A stretch of DNA of 63,662 bases from a virus (Duplodnaviria; Caudoviricetes), in the IMG/VR virus record IMGVR_UViG_3300032799_000186, positions 1-63,662 of that record, one strand, 5' to 3'. The notes under the pieces are model-generated. The model saw only the letters and a list, made by a program, of their open reading frames with translations, was not told the DNA's origin and made no database searches. The translations under genes were made by a program, and so were the position numbers. The stretch's first letter is position 1. Each line of letters starts with the position of its first letter. Shown one piece after another: positions 35,337 to 46,485 of this stretch.

Positions 35337-37715
35337 ATGGCGAATCGGGAATCTCGCGTTGACCTCATATTGAAGGCGCGGGCCGAGGGCCTTCAACAGC
35401 TACAAGCCCAGACCGACCAGTTTGCCAAGTCCATGTCCCAGGCCCTGGACATGGCCACCAAGGGTTTTGGGGCTTCCAACGCTAGTCTCCAGAAATTCGG
35501 GCAAAGTTTTTCCCAGGTATCCAAGACCGTTGCGGGCGGGCTGATCGCCGCCCCCACCCAAGCAGGTGTTGCAGCCTTTGGGCAGCCTTCCCGGTTCATG
35601 CCTTCGGGGGGCGGGTGGCAAGGTGGAGCGGGAGGTTTTGGCGGCCGGCCTCCGGGGATGCCTCCAGGCGGGGGCGGTGGGCCTGGTGGGACAGGGGCTG
35701 GGGGTGGCTGGAATCCTGGGGACAAACTCCAGATTGATCTGGGGCCGGTGGTAGATGGGTTGAACGAGTTGAAGGCCGGCCTAGAAAAGCTACTCGGCCA
35801 GGCCGAAAAAAGTGCTGAATCCCAGAAGGAAACAAGGCAAAAACAAGAAGAATCCCAAAAGAAGAGGGAAGGTACTTTCACTCATGGGTTTCTTCAAAGC
35901 GCCCTTCCTTCGGAGGCGGCACCCCTCTTAGCCCGAGGCCCGGGTATGAAGCGCGAAGCCTTTGGCCAAGTGGTTGGTAAGGCGCTAAGTGGGGTGGCTA
36001 GTGGTTTGGGGAGCATACCTACATCGGGGATAGAGGGTCTAGCTCAAGCTATTTCGGCCCTTCCCGGGGGTGGGATACCGGGTGGGCTGATGAAGTCAGC
36101 AGCGTCGTATTCCCAAGGGGCCTTGCAGCGGCAGCGGACTCGCATGGAGTTGGCCCCCTACTTGAGGGGAGAGGGTGGTGGAGCTGAATTGGCAGCGGCT
36201 AGTGCGAATGTAAAAAAAGTGAGGGAATCACAACAGTACATTTCTTGGCCGGCGAATGATCCGAGATTGGCCGAAGTTGATCCAACGCTTGGGGCGCAAG
36301 GGAAGGATTTTATCCGGGGGGGGCAAGGGCGTCCTATTCGCAGGGATACCCCTCAAGGTCAAGTTCTTGTAGAAGAGGAGCGGTCAGCAGCTAGAAGATC
36401 CAAGCCGGGGGAAATGACGCAGTTGCCGTGGTCTCTTTCAACTCCTGGGGAGTCGGAAGAGCAGCGGAAAGCCCGAGTAGGGGGTGGAGAGAAGCGCATG
36501 GCCGACGCCCAGGCGCGGTTACAAGCCGCTCAGAGCAAGTATTATGGACAGCCCCGTGGGGTTGGCCAAGCCATGGGCATGACCGAAGTGGAGGCGTTGC
36601 AGTTCGCCGGCGGTGTGACTCAGGTGGGTGGTGGTGGACAGGCCGGGATGGAGCAGGCAGGTATGATGCAGGCAGGTTTTGCTGCCAAGCGTTTGTACGG
36701 AGTAGATGAAGGAACGTCCGGGGCCTTTCTGAAAGCACAACGTCGTGGTGGTTTGGCAGGATTGGAGGCAGGCAAAGAAGGGGGTGGTGGCGAGGCTCTG
36801 GCGGGAACCATTGGGGACGCCATGAAACTTGGGCTTGAAGGATCTGAGATCAACGACTACTTGAAAATAATGGCCGAGGGCATTCAGCAGTTTCAGCAAA
36901 CGGGTATTCCATTTCCGAAGGATGCCTTTTCTGGAATGGGGGATGAACTGGCAAAGATGGGGGTAAGCGGCCCTCGGGGAACCCACGTGGTTCGAGGTCT
37001 CACTCAGGCCGCGCAGGCGCTGAGCACACGAGGGCCGCAGAATGCCGCCGAGCTGATGATGATGCAGACCATGGGGGGCTACCAAGGGGGTGGTGCTGAG
37101 GGGTTTGAAGCCGCACAGTTACAGCTAGAACAAGGCAAGATGGACCCCAAGAACATGCAAAAACTGTTTGGTCGATTTATGCAAGCTGGGGGTGGCGGGG
37201 CGCAGGGAAGGATGTTGTTCAGGAACGTCATGGGTGGGATGGGCGTCCAGATAGGGGTCAAGGAATCTCAGCTCATGGAAGCCCAGATGTCGGGTACTCT
37301 CACCGGATCCCAAGAGAAGGAGCTGGCTGAGATCCAGGCGAATCGGGATCGCGTGGAAAAGGGGGGAGGGGTGGCAGGAATGGGGGCTCCAGGTGGGGCG
37401 GGGGCTATGTGGAAGCAAGCCGAAGTGGCCATGGAAAAATGGGGGGGCGCTGTTGCGTCCCAAGCGGCCATTGTGAACAAGCAAGCTGACGTAGGTGAAC
37501 GATTGATTGTGCCTATGCAGAATTTTGAACTTTCTACTACGGTACTGGCTGGGGCAATCACCACCTTGGCAGCGGGTCCTGTAAAAGCATTGTCGGTTGG
37601 AATGCTAGGTTTAGCCAATGTCGTTCAGGGGATCGCTGACACTTGGTCTGGAAAAACGAAGGGGAATTTACCGACCTCCCCCCCTGGGGACATCACCACC
37701 AACCAGACTCAATGA
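35337..37715 (+). CDS. Tape measure protein
   Basis: GAGGAG SD. Helical, G/A/Q/M-rich. Follows the chaperones. Confidence 0.8.
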   Translation: MANRESRVDLILKARAEGLQQLQAQTDQFAKSMSQALDMATKGFGASNASLQKFGQSFSQVSKTVAGGLIAAPTQAGVAAFGQPSRFMPSGGGWQGGAGGFGGRPPGMPPGGGGGPGGTGAGGGWNPGDKLQIDLGPVVDGLNELKAGLEKLLGQAEKSAESQKETRQKQEESQKKREGTFTHGFLQSALPSEAAPLLARGPGMKREAFGQVVGKALSGVASGLGSIPTSGIEGLAQAISALPGGGIPGGLMKSAASYSQGALQRQRTRMELAPYLRGEGGGAELAAASANVKKVRESQQYISWPANDPRLAEVDPTLGAQGKDFIRGGQGRPIRRDTPQGQVLVEEERSAARRSKPGEMTQLPWSLSTPGESEEQRKARVGGGEKRMADAQARLQAAQSKYYGQPRGVGQAMGMTEVEALQFAGGVTQVGGGGQAGMEQAGMMQAGFAAKRLYGVDEGTSGAFLKAQRRGGLAGLEAGKEGGGGEALAGTIGDAMKLGLEGSEINDYLKIMAEGIQQFQQTGIPFPKDAFSGMGDELAKMGVSGPRGTHVVRGLTQAAQALSTRGPQNAAELMMMQTMGGYQGGGAEGFEAAQLQLEQGKMDPKNMQKLFGRFMQAGGGGAQGRMLFRNVMGGMGVQIGVKESQLMEAQMSGTLTGSQEKELAEIQANRDRVEKGGGVAGMGAPGGAGAMWKQAEVAMEKWGGAVASQAAIVNKQADVGERLIVPMQNFELSTTVLAGAITTLAAGPVKALSVGMLGLANVVQGIADTWSGKTKGNLPTSPPGDITTNQTQ

Positions 37716-37727
37716 TGGGGCGCGACA

Positions 37728-39248
37728 ATGACCGAGGGCGGTGAGAGAAAACCCGGCCCAGGGTATCAGGGCTCGGAACGAAGCAGCGCGGACTTCACCA
37801 TTTACCCGCAGAAGGGTGACCCCATCCTGGTGTCCAGCCCGCTTTTAGGTCACATCAAAATGGCGAATACCCAGGGATACGATCCGATGTCGATGGCGCC
37901 GGCCCTGGTGAGTCTGAACACCTCGAAAAGCATGGGTGCCGCCTCGGGAACGTGGACCACAACGATCAAGCCCCCACGCAATCCGAAAGCCCGAGATCCT
38001 TTGTCCCAGATCGTGGACGATGACTGGGTGGACATCGTGTTCAAACGCCACGGGAAGGTGTGGCATGTGATGCGGGGCTTGATAGATGAGGTTCGGGTGA
38101 ACAAAAGCGTGGGCGGAAGTGGCGCTACGGTTCGCACCTACACGATCACCGGCCGTGACTTCGGAAGCATTTTTGAGCGAACCAACATTTGGTTCAGCCC
38201 GTACACCGATGAAAAGATCACGGGGGGTTTGGCCCTGCAAGTTTTTGGCGGGGAGATGAACGTCTACGGGAAACCAGGGAAGGTTGTTGACGGATTTTTG
38301 TTCGGGTTCATGCGTGAGCTGGCAGGGGTAGGCCGAGCAGTCTGGAAGATCCCAAGCAGTGTGCCGACGTATGGGGGGCTCAACTTTGCGGAAGCTCTGA
38401 ATTTAGATGCCAAAGGCATCCTCAACGAACCCAACCGAATTGCCATCAACGCAAACTACATGATGCCGGAGGGGAACATTTGGCAACTGGCCCAAGAATG
38501 GAGTGACCCCGCTTTTTGTGAATTGTTCTGTGACACTTTGCCCCCTGGGCCGTCGGCTAAAGTGGACGATGAACTAACCATGGGCCAGACTCTTATGAAA
38601 GTCATTTTGCGGGATCGCCCCTTCCCGGTGGTGGACGGTGGTTTGAGCCCCAACGGGATGGCCAGCCCATATTTCTCTCTGCCCTTGCACATCATCCCGG
38701 TGCAAGCCGTGGTGTCCTCGAACTTGGGGCGCAGTGGGACCGAGCGATTCAATTCGTTCCACCTCTCGCCTCAAATTGCTCAGGAGCTGACCGGGGCGGG
38801 GGCTCTCGACCTAGTGGCCCCCCTCTGGAACCCGGACGATATTTTGCACCATGGGATGAGGCGCTATGACATCCAGAGCCATTATGTGAGCGAGAAGGCC
38901 GAGCTGCTCATTTTGTCTAAGGCGCAGCGAACGCGGATCCGGGATTGGCATTGCATCGACTCCTACTTGCTGAACGGAACCATCAACCTGGGTCGGGGAT
39001 TTCCAGAAATTCGCATCGGAGAGCGTGTCCGCCTCGTTGGCCCTGGATCACCCCAGACCGACCAGACTTTCTACGTGGAGCAAGTATCCCACAACTGGCA
39101 ATTTGGCAGTTCCATCAAGACCAGCCTGGGAGTGACCCGGGGATGGACTGGGGATGACAACAGTTACCTGACTGCCTTGACCCAGTTGACCTCCAAGTAC
39201 AAAGAAGCAAGGAAGGGTCAGCCTTCCCAGGTGGGGATATCCGTATGA
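37728..39248 (+). CDS. Baseplate hub-like protein
   Basis: MRGLIDEV..TITGRDFG..FYVEQVSHNW..LGVTRG pattern, plus synteny. Confidence 0.7.
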   Translation: MTEGGERKPGPGYQGSERSSADFTIYPQKGDPILVSSPLLGHIKMANTQGYDPMSMAPALVSLNTSKSMGAASGTWTTTIKPPRNPKARDPLSQIVDDDWVDIVFKRHGKVWHVMRGLIDEVRVNKSVGGSGATVRTYTITGRDFGSIFERTNIWFSPYTDEKITGGLALQVFGGEMNVYGKPGKVVDGFLFGFMRELAGVGRAVWKIPSSVPTYGGLNFAEALNLDAKGILNEPNRIAINANYMMPEGNIWQLAQEWSDPAFCELFCDTLPPGPSAKVDDELTMGQTLMKVILRDRPFPVVDGGLSPNGMASPYFSLPLHIIPVQAVVSSNLGRSGTERFNSFHLSPQIAQELTGAGALDLVAPLWNPDDILHHGMRRYDIQSHYVSEKAELLILSKAQRTRIRDWHCIDSYLLNGTINLGRGFPEIRIGERVRLVGPGSPQTDQTFYVEQVSHNWQFGSSIKTSLGVTRGWTGDDNSYLTALTQLTSKYKEARKGQPSQVGISV

Positions 39249-40312
39249 GAAGCCAGTACGAAGCCACAGAGATCGGTGCGGGGACTTTGATGCAGTCCGG
39301 TGTGCCCAAGCGGGTACTCCGGGCCTCGGGGTTCAACCGGGCCGGCGGGTTGTTGCTTCGTGGGGTTGTGCTCAACACGTGGGTGCTCGACGACCCAAAG
39401 CATCCCTTTGCCAGCGACCTCAATGGGACACCGGTGGCCGTCTACTGCGACGTGCTGTGCTATGGCCCCCGCTGGCGCTTCATCACCAACTGCCTGGTGA
39501 GCCAAGAAGTGGGTGGCATGCAGCGGGGGCGAGTCTGGAAACCTAGAGCTACTGGGCTGGACAAGACGGCGCTTCCGGTGGACCCCAACAAGGGTAGCAA
39601 CCCGGCCAACTGGGACGGGGATCACGTTCTGGTTGGGTTCATCGAGGACAACCTAAATCAGCCGATCATCTTGCGGAGCATTCCGCACCCCAGCGTTGAT
39701 ACGGGCAACGAGGCTAAAACTCCAGGCCACCGAATGACCTTGAAGCTGGCCGATGGGGATCCCGATTTCTGGAAACACCACGGATCCTTTTATGGGGTGA
39801 AGAACAACGGCGACTTCGTGGTGGATACCACCTGGGCCAATGATGGCAGCCTTCTCCCTGATTGCAAAGAGAGCCCGAACGCCATGGACGGATCTGGTGC
39901 TCATCTTCACCAGCTTCCTGAGACGGCGACCTGGAAGGTCAAGCTGATGGACGTGGGGGGCACCATCCCGTCGGTTGAGATGACCGTCTCGAAAACCGAG
40001 CTGAAGCACGTCATCATGGACGCCCTGGGCGATCTCTTGCTTCAGATTGGTGGTGGGGCTACGTTGAAGGTCGAGGGCCAGGATTCTCAGGCCAAGTTGA
40101 CCTTGGGAGACGGAGCAAAGCACGTGGCCATTGGCGAACAGCTACAGACTTGGTGGGGAACCGTGAAGGCGGTCCTGGATGCGTTCGGGGCGCACACCCA
40201 TACGGGTGTGACTCCAGGTCCTGGCCTGACGGGGACCCCGGTGGCCCCGTTGATCACCCCGGGATATGCGTCCACCAACACCTCCACCAAAGTAGCCATT
40301 CCGGACCTGTGA
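39245..40312 (+). CDS. Baseplate central spike (gpV/gp5-like)
   Basis: OB-fold-like GDHVLVGFIE..PII and C-terminal HTHTGVTPGPGLTGTP metal-binding tip motif. Confidence 0.8.
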   Translation: MRSQYEATEIGAGTLMQSGVPKRVLRASGFNRAGGLLLRGVVLNTWVLDDPKHPFASDLNGTPVAVYCDVLCYGPRWRFITNCLVSQEVGGMQRGRVWKPRATGLDKTALPVDPNKGSNPANWDGDHVLVGFIEDNLNQPIILRSIPHPSVDTGNEAKTPGHRMTLKLADGDPDFWKHHGSFYGVKNNGDFVVDTTWANDGSLLPDCKESPNAMDGSGAHLHQLPETATWKVKLMDVGGTIPSVEMTVSKTELKHVIMDALGDLLLQIGGGATLKVEGQDSQAKLTLGDGAKHVAIGEQLQTWWGTVKAVLDAFGAHTHTGVTPGPGLTGTPVAPLITPGYASTNTSTKVAIPDL

Positions 40313-40321
40313 GGTCGATTC

Positions 40322-42268
40322 ATGCCGAGCTTGATGGCTTACCTCAAAGAAACTGTCCGGAGAGAAATCACCAAGGATGACAAGTTCTACAAGAGCTTTC
40401 TCTATTTCTTTGAGCTGAAGGTCCCGGTTGAAATTTCCCCCCTGGGTTCATTTTTGTTTCCCCTGGTGCTGAACCCGGAGAGCATCACCTTGGATGAGCC
40501 GTTTTCCTTGGAGACCACCCAGACCCAGGGCGGTGGCGTCATCGTGGAGGAAAACGGGATCGTTATCCGGCGCCTCAACATCAGGGGGCACACGGGGTTC
40601 AAGCCCCGCAAGCTGCTCGGGGGGAGCGCCCTGACTAGCTTGGCGTCGATTCCGGCGAGCAAGCGGTCTTACGACCGGACTCTCCCGGGGTACGTGCTGG
40701 CTGCAATTTCTGGACAGCGGCATTTCCAGTACCTCCAGGATTCGGTTTTCCGAGCTTACGCGGACCTGAAACGAGATCCCGACACGTCCCAGGATACCAG
40801 GCTCATCTTCCACAACCCCAAAGACGACGAGCACTGGGAAGTGGTACCCCAGTCCTTCAGGTTGGAACGGTCGAGCGCCAAGCCCATATCCTACCAGTAC
40901 GCCATCGAACTGGTGGTGGTGGGCAAGGCATCGGCTTGCGAGACGGACTTCTCGGAGGACAAAGGCTGGCTGGATGGGCTCAAGAGCATGTTGCGAACGG
41001 TGAACAACGCCATTCTTTTGGCCCAAGGGGCAATCCGGGATTTGACGGCGGCGGTGGCTGAGATCAAGGGGTTTATCACCAACATCGCCACCATTCTGAC
41101 CAACGCCGTGGGGATCCTGAATGCGGCTTCGGACTTCGTGAACGGAGTCACCGACTTGATCCAGACCACCAAGTCGGCGGCGTTGAACCTGGTGGAGGAG
41201 TGCGAGCAGGCATGGGGGAATTTTGAGGATTCCTTTGACCGGCTGGCGGCCTCCCTGGGGTTCCCATATACCACGGGGACCATAGAGGATCCTTTGCCGG
41301 CGCAGGTTCACCAGGCCCTCAAAGACATCGCCACGGCGGCTGAGCTGCTACTGACCCAGCCAATGGCTTTCGAGACCCCCCTGCAACAGCAGCTTCGCAA
41401 TCTGGCCCAGAAGCAATCTCTGGACACCGTGGCGTCCACCGATGAATTGGCAGCGGCCGAGGCGGCTTCCAGCCCGACCAGCCTGACCGAGATTGCCGGC
41501 AAGGGTACGGGTCTGATGCCGGGGGACTACGAACGGTCTCTGGTGAAGCTCACGGACGCCGGCGGGGACGTGCCTGGGTACACCAGCCTCCAGGAAGTGG
41601 TGGTCGAGCAGGGGGACACCTTGATGAGCCTGGCGGCCAAGTTCATGGGGGATGCCCGGAAGTGGCAGGAGCTGGCGGTAGTGAACGGACTCAAGCCCCC
41701 CTTTATTTCTGGACAAGCCGGCTCGAACATCACCGAGGCGACGGACCAAGAAGCCTTACCGGGGGCGTTGGGAGTGGGGAAGAAACTGCTCGTGCCGGCG
41801 TACAAGATCCCGCCCGAAGCCCAGCCTCTGCTTCCTGTGCTCGGGGTGTCCCCCGAGAAATCTCTGGAACACCGGTTGCTGGGCGGGGACCTGGCCCTGA
41901 TTCGATACCCTGGGGAAGAACCCCGATTCGACGTGGAAATCGACGTGGCCCTGGGGAGCGTGGATGCCAAGAAAGTCATTGGCTTGAATTGCCTTCGCCA
42001 GGCCATCGAGCTGAGGTTGGTCATCGAGAAGGGGACGGACCTGCTCTACAAGAACTTGGGCCTGGAGCGGGTGGTCGGGCTGAACTGGGCACCGCTGGAC
42101 AGAGAGCTGATTCAGTACCGGGTGATGAAGTCCATCCAAGAGGACCCGCGCATCCTGGGAGTTCGAAAGCTGGTATTGACCTCCCAAGGGGAGGATGATG
42201 TGGAAATCGAAGTGGAAGCCGTGGTGGCTGGGTTCTCCCAGCCGGCGACGGTGAAGGCTACGATTTAG
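40322..42268 (+). CDS. Tail tube initiator/baseplate protein with LysM-like and C-terminal gp25-like domains
   Basis: VLNPESI N-terminal motif, VVEQGDTLMSLAAKFMGD..ELAVVNGL (LysM), C-terminal EDPRI. Confidence 0.72.
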   Translation: MPSLMAYLKETVRREITKDDKFYKSFLYFFELKVPVEISPLGSFLFPLVLNPESITLDEPFSLETTQTQGGGVIVEENGIVIRRLNIRGHTGFKPRKLLGGSALTSLASIPASKRSYDRTLPGYVLAAISGQRHFQYLQDSVFRAYADLKRDPDTSQDTRLIFHNPKDDEHWEVVPQSFRLERSSAKPISYQYAIELVVVGKASACETDFSEDKGWLDGLKSMLRTVNNAILLAQGAIRDLTAAVAEIKGFITNIATILTNAVGILNAASDFVNGVTDLIQTTKSAALNLVEECEQAWGNFEDSFDRLAASLGFPYTTGTIEDPLPAQVHQALKDIATAAELLLTQPMAFETPLQQQLRNLAQKQSLDTVASTDELAAAEAASSPTSLTEIAGKGTGLMPGDYERSLVKLTDAGGDVPGYTSLQEVVVEQGDTLMSLAAKFMGDARKWQELAVVNGLKPPFISGQAGSNITEATDQEALPGALGVGKKLLVPAYKIPPEAQPLLPVLGVSPEKSLEHRLLGGDLALIRYPGEEPRFDVEIDVALGSVDAKKVIGLNCLRQAIELRLVIEKGTDLLYKNLGLERVVGLNWAPLDRELIQYRVMKSIQEDPRILGVRKLVLTSQGEDDVEIEVEAVVAGFSQPATVKATI

Positions 42269-42277
42269 GAGCTGCTC

Positions 42278-43690
42278 ATGGGTAAGTTCCAGATTCGCCG
42301 GCAGCAACAGATCCTGACCGAGATGGTCGCCCAGGTGGTGGCCCGGACGGACATGAATGACGTGTCCGACACCTCTGTCACCAAGCACATCCTGGCGGCA
42401 GCGGCGAGGCAAGATGCGGAGCAGTATTTTCAGATGTACCAGCTCCGGCAGCTTTTCGACATGGACACGGCCACGGGAGACGATCTGGACGCCCGAGCAG
42501 CCGAGGTTCAGCCGGGGCCGATCACCCGGATTCCAGCGGCTAAGGCGGTGGGGGAGGTGGTGTTCTCCCGAGCTGGCACCACGGGGACGGTGACTATCGC
42601 TCTCGGCACTCAGGTCAAGACCTCCGATGGGGTGGCTTTCACTACCACAGAAATTGGATCGATCACCCCTACCAGCCCCGAGCAGATCACGGGGCATGGT
42701 GTCGGCCGAGATTCGGACCCGGTGTCTGTGGTGGCGAGTCTCCCCGGGGCGAATGGCAACGTGGTGGCAGGAACGGTGGTCAAGTTCAGTACCAAGCCCC
42801 CCGGGGTGGATGAGGTAACCAACCCATCCTTGTTCAGCTTGGGGTTCGACAAAGAATCCGATGATGTTTTTCGGGCTCGAATCAATACGTATATGCAGTC
42901 CCTGGCCCGGTCCACCATCACGGCACTGGAAGCGGGGGTGCTGGGGAGGGGAGCTTCGGACGTGTCCGGGGTCATCCGATACTCCAAGGTGGTAGAGGAC
43001 CTCATCCTTCGGGGAAATGTCACCCTCTACATCGACGATGGCACCGGTTCGGCTGAGGTCATCGAGGTGGTTACCGGCGAAGTTGTGACGGAAGGATTGT
43101 CCGGGCCACCCCCGGGGTCGGCCGTGGGCGGGGAAACCCAGCTCTGGCTGAACTATGGGGCGGTCAAGGATAACGCCACCTTCACCGTGACCAGTTCTAC
43201 TCGGGGGGTTTTGACCAGGGACACCCACTACTTCTTGAACCCCGCTACTGGCCAGATCAACTTCGATCCGGCTCTGGTGGCCAGCGAGATTATCACGGCC
43301 ACCTACACCCGCTTCACTGGGCTGGTGGCTGAGGCCCAGAAAATCGTGGATGGGGATCCCGACGACCCCGAGAACTACCCAGGGTTGCGAGCGGCTGGCA
43401 TCATGGTGGTTGTGCGGGTGCCCCAGGTGCTGTTGCAGAGCGTGAGCGTGGTGCTTACGATCATGGATGGGTACTCCCTGGTGAACACCCGTGCGGCGGC
43501 AAAGCAAGCCATCCTTGACTACATCAACACCCTGGCCATTTCTGGAGACGTGATTCGGTCAGAGATGATCCGGCGCGTCATGGCAGTGCCTGGGGTGTAC
43601 GATGTTTTGGTCACCACGCCGGCGGCCAACGTGGCATTGCTCGATGACCAGTTGGCCAGGACTACAAACGGCAATATCACGGTGAGCTAG
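42278..43690 (+). CDS. Baseplate J-like wedge protein
   Basis: ATGDDLD, PGANGN, GFDKESDDVFRARI, RAAGI, AILDYINTL. Confidence 0.9.
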   Translation: MGKFQIRRQQQILTEMVAQVVARTDMNDVSDTSVTKHILAAAARQDAEQYFQMYQLRQLFDMDTATGDDLDARAAEVQPGPITRIPAAKAVGEVVFSRAGTTGTVTIALGTQVKTSDGVAFTTTEIGSITPTSPEQITGHGVGRDSDPVSVVASLPGANGNVVAGTVVKFSTKPPGVDEVTNPSLFSLGFDKESDDVFRARINTYMQSLARSTITALEAGVLGRGASDVSGVIRYSKVVEDLILRGNVTLYIDDGTGSAEVIEVVTGEVVTEGLSGPPPGSAVGGETQLWLNYGAVKDNATFTVTSSTRGVLTRDTHYFLNPATGQINFDPALVASEIITATYTRFTGLVAEAQKIVDGDPDDPENYPGLRAAGIMVVVRVPQVLLQSVSVVLTIMDGYSLVNTRAAAKQAILDYINTLAISGDVIRSEMIRRVMAVPGVYDVLVTTPAANVALLDDQLARTTNGNITVS

Positions 43691-43701
43691 GAGAAACGAC
43701 C

Positions 43702-44793
43702 ATGGCACGCGGAGTTATTTCTTACAGTTCGGGGACCATTGCCGCCGCCGTATCCGGAGTTCGGTACGCCTTCCTGAACATCATTCGCAGTACGCTGAAG
43801 GCGTATATCAGCAATGGCGAGGCGGCCTGGGAGGACTATGACATCATCAGCAACACTCCTGGATCCTGCAACTACGTCATGCACAGCGTTGGGGATCGCG
43901 CCTTGGGCAGTGGGGTCACTAAAGGGGATTCTGAGATTTACAACAGGTTCTATGAATCTAGTAATTCCCAATTCTTTGTGAATCTACAGGATTGGTCACA
44001 GGTCGGTCACGCTGGGAACCGGGCAAGTGCCGCTGCCTCAATCTCCTTGAACGACACCGATGCCCTGGAATGGTGGATGGTGTGCAACGAGTATGTGTGG
44101 CTCATCGCAGCCCACCAGTCTGGATCCTGGTTCACCGCATGCGGTGGGCAGCTTACCCGCCCCTACGCTCCAACCATGAACGGGTTGGCCAGACTGTCTG
44201 TGGCCACGGCGGGCACGGGTATCTTGACCTTGAGCGTGGATCGGGATTGCCAGACCACCCTGCGAGTGGGGCAGAAAGTGATTCTGATGAACTTCACACC
44301 TGATGGGCAGGCGTTGAAGTCGGCCTACTACGATTTGGTCACAATTTTGGCCGTCACGTCCGGAACGATCCAAGTGAGTGGCGTTACCAATACCCCCTAC
44401 GAGATCGGATCCATCATTGGCATAGAGCCTTCCCCGAACTACGCGGGGGCAGCAACCGGTAGTGCGCCAACCAGCTTGTATATGTCCAACTTGCGCGACG
44501 GGTCGGCAACGATTGTTGCTCAGAGTTTGACCGCCTACGGATCGTTTGTGGAAGCGGACGAAGATCCAGGATTCGATGGCGCCTACATTGCAGTGCCTAC
44601 ATGGCTCAACGGTACTTCTCCCGCCGGCTTCCGAGGAGATTTCGGGGAGCATGCTTTGTGTTTTGCCAATGGGCTTCAAGCTGATAAAGACATCATGCGG
44701 ATGGATTACGACGACGCCCGAAAGTACAAAATCTTTCCCTCTCTTTCCTTTCTTTCTACCTGGATTCTTGGGATTGGCCCGGGGGCAAGCTAA
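43702..44793 (+). CDS. Hypothetical tail-associated protein
   Basis: AGGAG SD, within the baseplate/fibre region. Confidence 0.6.
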   Translation: MARGVISYSSGTIAAAVSGVRYAFLNIIRSTLKAYISNGEAAWEDYDIISNTPGSCNYVMHSVGDRALGSGVTKGDSEIYNRFYESSNSQFFVNLQDWSQVGHAGNRASAAASISLNDTDALEWWMVCNEYVWLIAAHQSGSWFTACGGQLTRPYAPTMNGLARLSVATAGTGILTLSVDRDCQTTLRVGQKVILMNFTPDGQALKSAYYDLVTILAVTSGTIQVSGVTNTPYEIGSIIGIEPSPNYAGAATGSAPTSLYMSNLRDGSATIVAQSLTAYGSFVEADEDPGFDGAYIAVPTWLNGTSPAGFRGDFGEHALCFANGLQADKDIMRMDYDDARKYKIFPSLSFLSTWILGIGPGAS

Positions 44794-44796
44794 ACG

Positions 44797-45852
44797 ATGA
44801 ACGTCCGCGACCACGCCACGCTTCCGACTGGTTTGATGTCCTACCATCGCCTGGAATGGGATGGTGTGGATGCTACGGGTCGGGGGCACACGGGCACGCT
44901 GGGGGCCACCCCCACGGAAGATTATGGGCAGGTCCAGAAGTGCCTTCGCTTCAATGGCACAACCCAGTACGTGAGCGTACCAGCGCATGCCGATTTTGAA
45001 ATGACCGCTGGGCTTACTATCGCTTTCTGGACAGACTATGGATCGGGCACGGCCAAGAAACTTGTCTGCAAAAGAAACAACACCACCATCCAATGGTCGG
45101 TCGAGCAAAAAGCGGCGCTGACCCAGCTTCAATTCCTGATCACCATCGGGGGTGCGCTCTACACCGTGCTGGGGACCACCCCTTCGGCCGGGGCAAAGTG
45201 GGATCACATCGTCGCCCGGTACGACGGGAGCGAGATTTCGATCTGGACCAACGGGGTGAAAACCAACTTCGCGCTCCAGACTGGCTCTATCAATTCCTAT
45301 GCCACAATGCCGGTGACTTTTGCTTGCCGATGCGCCAACGGTGTGGTGGTCCCCGGAGCTGACTTCTACGCCGGGGCGTTGGATGACATAGGGATCTGGA
45401 ACCGGGGTTTGACCGACGCTGAGATCGGGGACCTTTATCAAGGGGGCATCGGGATCATCTACGGGGACCTGGGACAGTTCGAGGCCCGAAAGGACCGCCA
45501 GGAAGGTTGGTCGGTGCTGAAGTCCGAGATGATCGAGCAGACCCACCCGACGCATCAAGGTCGGCTGGCCAGTCCCCGGTTTATCGGAGAGGCGGCTCCC
45601 GAAGGATTGTCCCCCGAGATTTCATCCATCGTGGCGATCAATTCAATCCGAATCCGGGTGAATTTTGTTCACCCCGCCACGAACAACCAGGCCCTGACTG
45701 CCCCGGGGAACTACAAGATCACTCCTGTCCTGGGGGTCTATACCGTGACCCCCGAAGGGGTTACCAATCCGACCTATGTGTTTCTGGACATCGACGAGCA
45801 AGAAGATGGCATGCTGTACCAACTGGACTTGCTCCGGATCGTGAGGGCGTAA
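44797..45852 (+). CDS. LamG/concanavalin-A-like domain virion protein
   Basis: LRFNGT..TIAFW..WDHIVARYDG..GALDDIGIWNRGLTDAEI. Confidence 0.8.
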   Translation: MNVRDHATLPTGLMSYHRLEWDGVDATGRGHTGTLGATPTEDYGQVQKCLRFNGTTQYVSVPAHADFEMTAGLTIAFWTDYGSGTAKKLVCKRNNTTIQWSVEQKAALTQLQFLITIGGALYTVLGTTPSAGAKWDHIVARYDGSEISIWTNGVKTNFALQTGSINSYATMPVTFACRCANGVVVPGADFYAGALDDIGIWNRGLTDAEIGDLYQGGIGIIYGDLGQFEARKDRQEGWSVLKSEMIEQTHPTHQGRLASPRFIGEAAPEGLSPEISSIVAINSIRIRVNFVHPATNNQALTAPGNYKITPVLGVYTVTPEGVTNPTYVFLDIDEQEDGMLYQLDLLRIVRA

Positions 45853-45855
45853 GGC

Positions 45856-46485
45856 ATGGCAGATTTTGGGACATGGGTAGGCGTCGGGGTAAAGCCCTCT
45901 CTGGCCAGCGTGGTGGTGACCGGGAATTTGGTGCGGGCGACTTTCAGCGAAGCCATGCTGAACAACAGCGATTTCATTGACCCCACCCACTACGTTTTCA
46001 CGGTTCTGGATGGTTTATCGGTGGCGGTGACAGCGATAAGCGTGACCCCAGGTCCTGGCGTAAACCCCACCTACGTGGACATTGCTCTGGACAAGTCCAT
46101 GACCATTGGGACAGCGAATTATCGTTTGACGGTGGACACGACCTTGAAGGACAAGGCCAGCAACCCCATCGATCCCGCTGGCCGGACGCAGGACTTCAAT
46201 GGCAACGCGGTCAGGACCACCATCACGGCCCAGAGCTTCCCGACTAACCTGGAGCGGGTGCAAGTCACCTACAGCAAGGCGGTCAAACAGACCAACCCTG
46301 CGGATCTGGATGATGCCTTGCGGGTGGCCAACTATTCCATTTCTGGAGGGGTGCTAGTTTCTGGAGTGGCCTCTCTTTCCTCGTCGGTTGTGGTGCTTCA
46401 AGTTTCTGGACAGCAAAATGGGCACACCTATGTTCTGACTGTGCTGAATGTGAAGGACCTGTCCAAAAATGAGGTAGCCCCCTAA
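45856..46485 (+). CDS. Ig-like domain virion protein
   Basis: ATFSEAM..YRLTVDTTLKDKASN and a second YVLTVLNVKDLSKN unit. Confidence 0.65.
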   Translation: MADFGTWVGVGVKPSLASVVVTGNLVRATFSEAMLNNSDFIDPTHYVFTVLDGLSVAVTAISVTPGPGVNPTYVDIALDKSMTIGTANYRLTVDTTLKDKASNPIDPAGRTQDFNGNAVRTTITAQSFPTNLERVQVTYSKAVKQTNPADLDDALRVANYSISGGVLVSGVASLSSSVVVLQVSGQQNGHTYVLTVLNVKDLSKNEVAP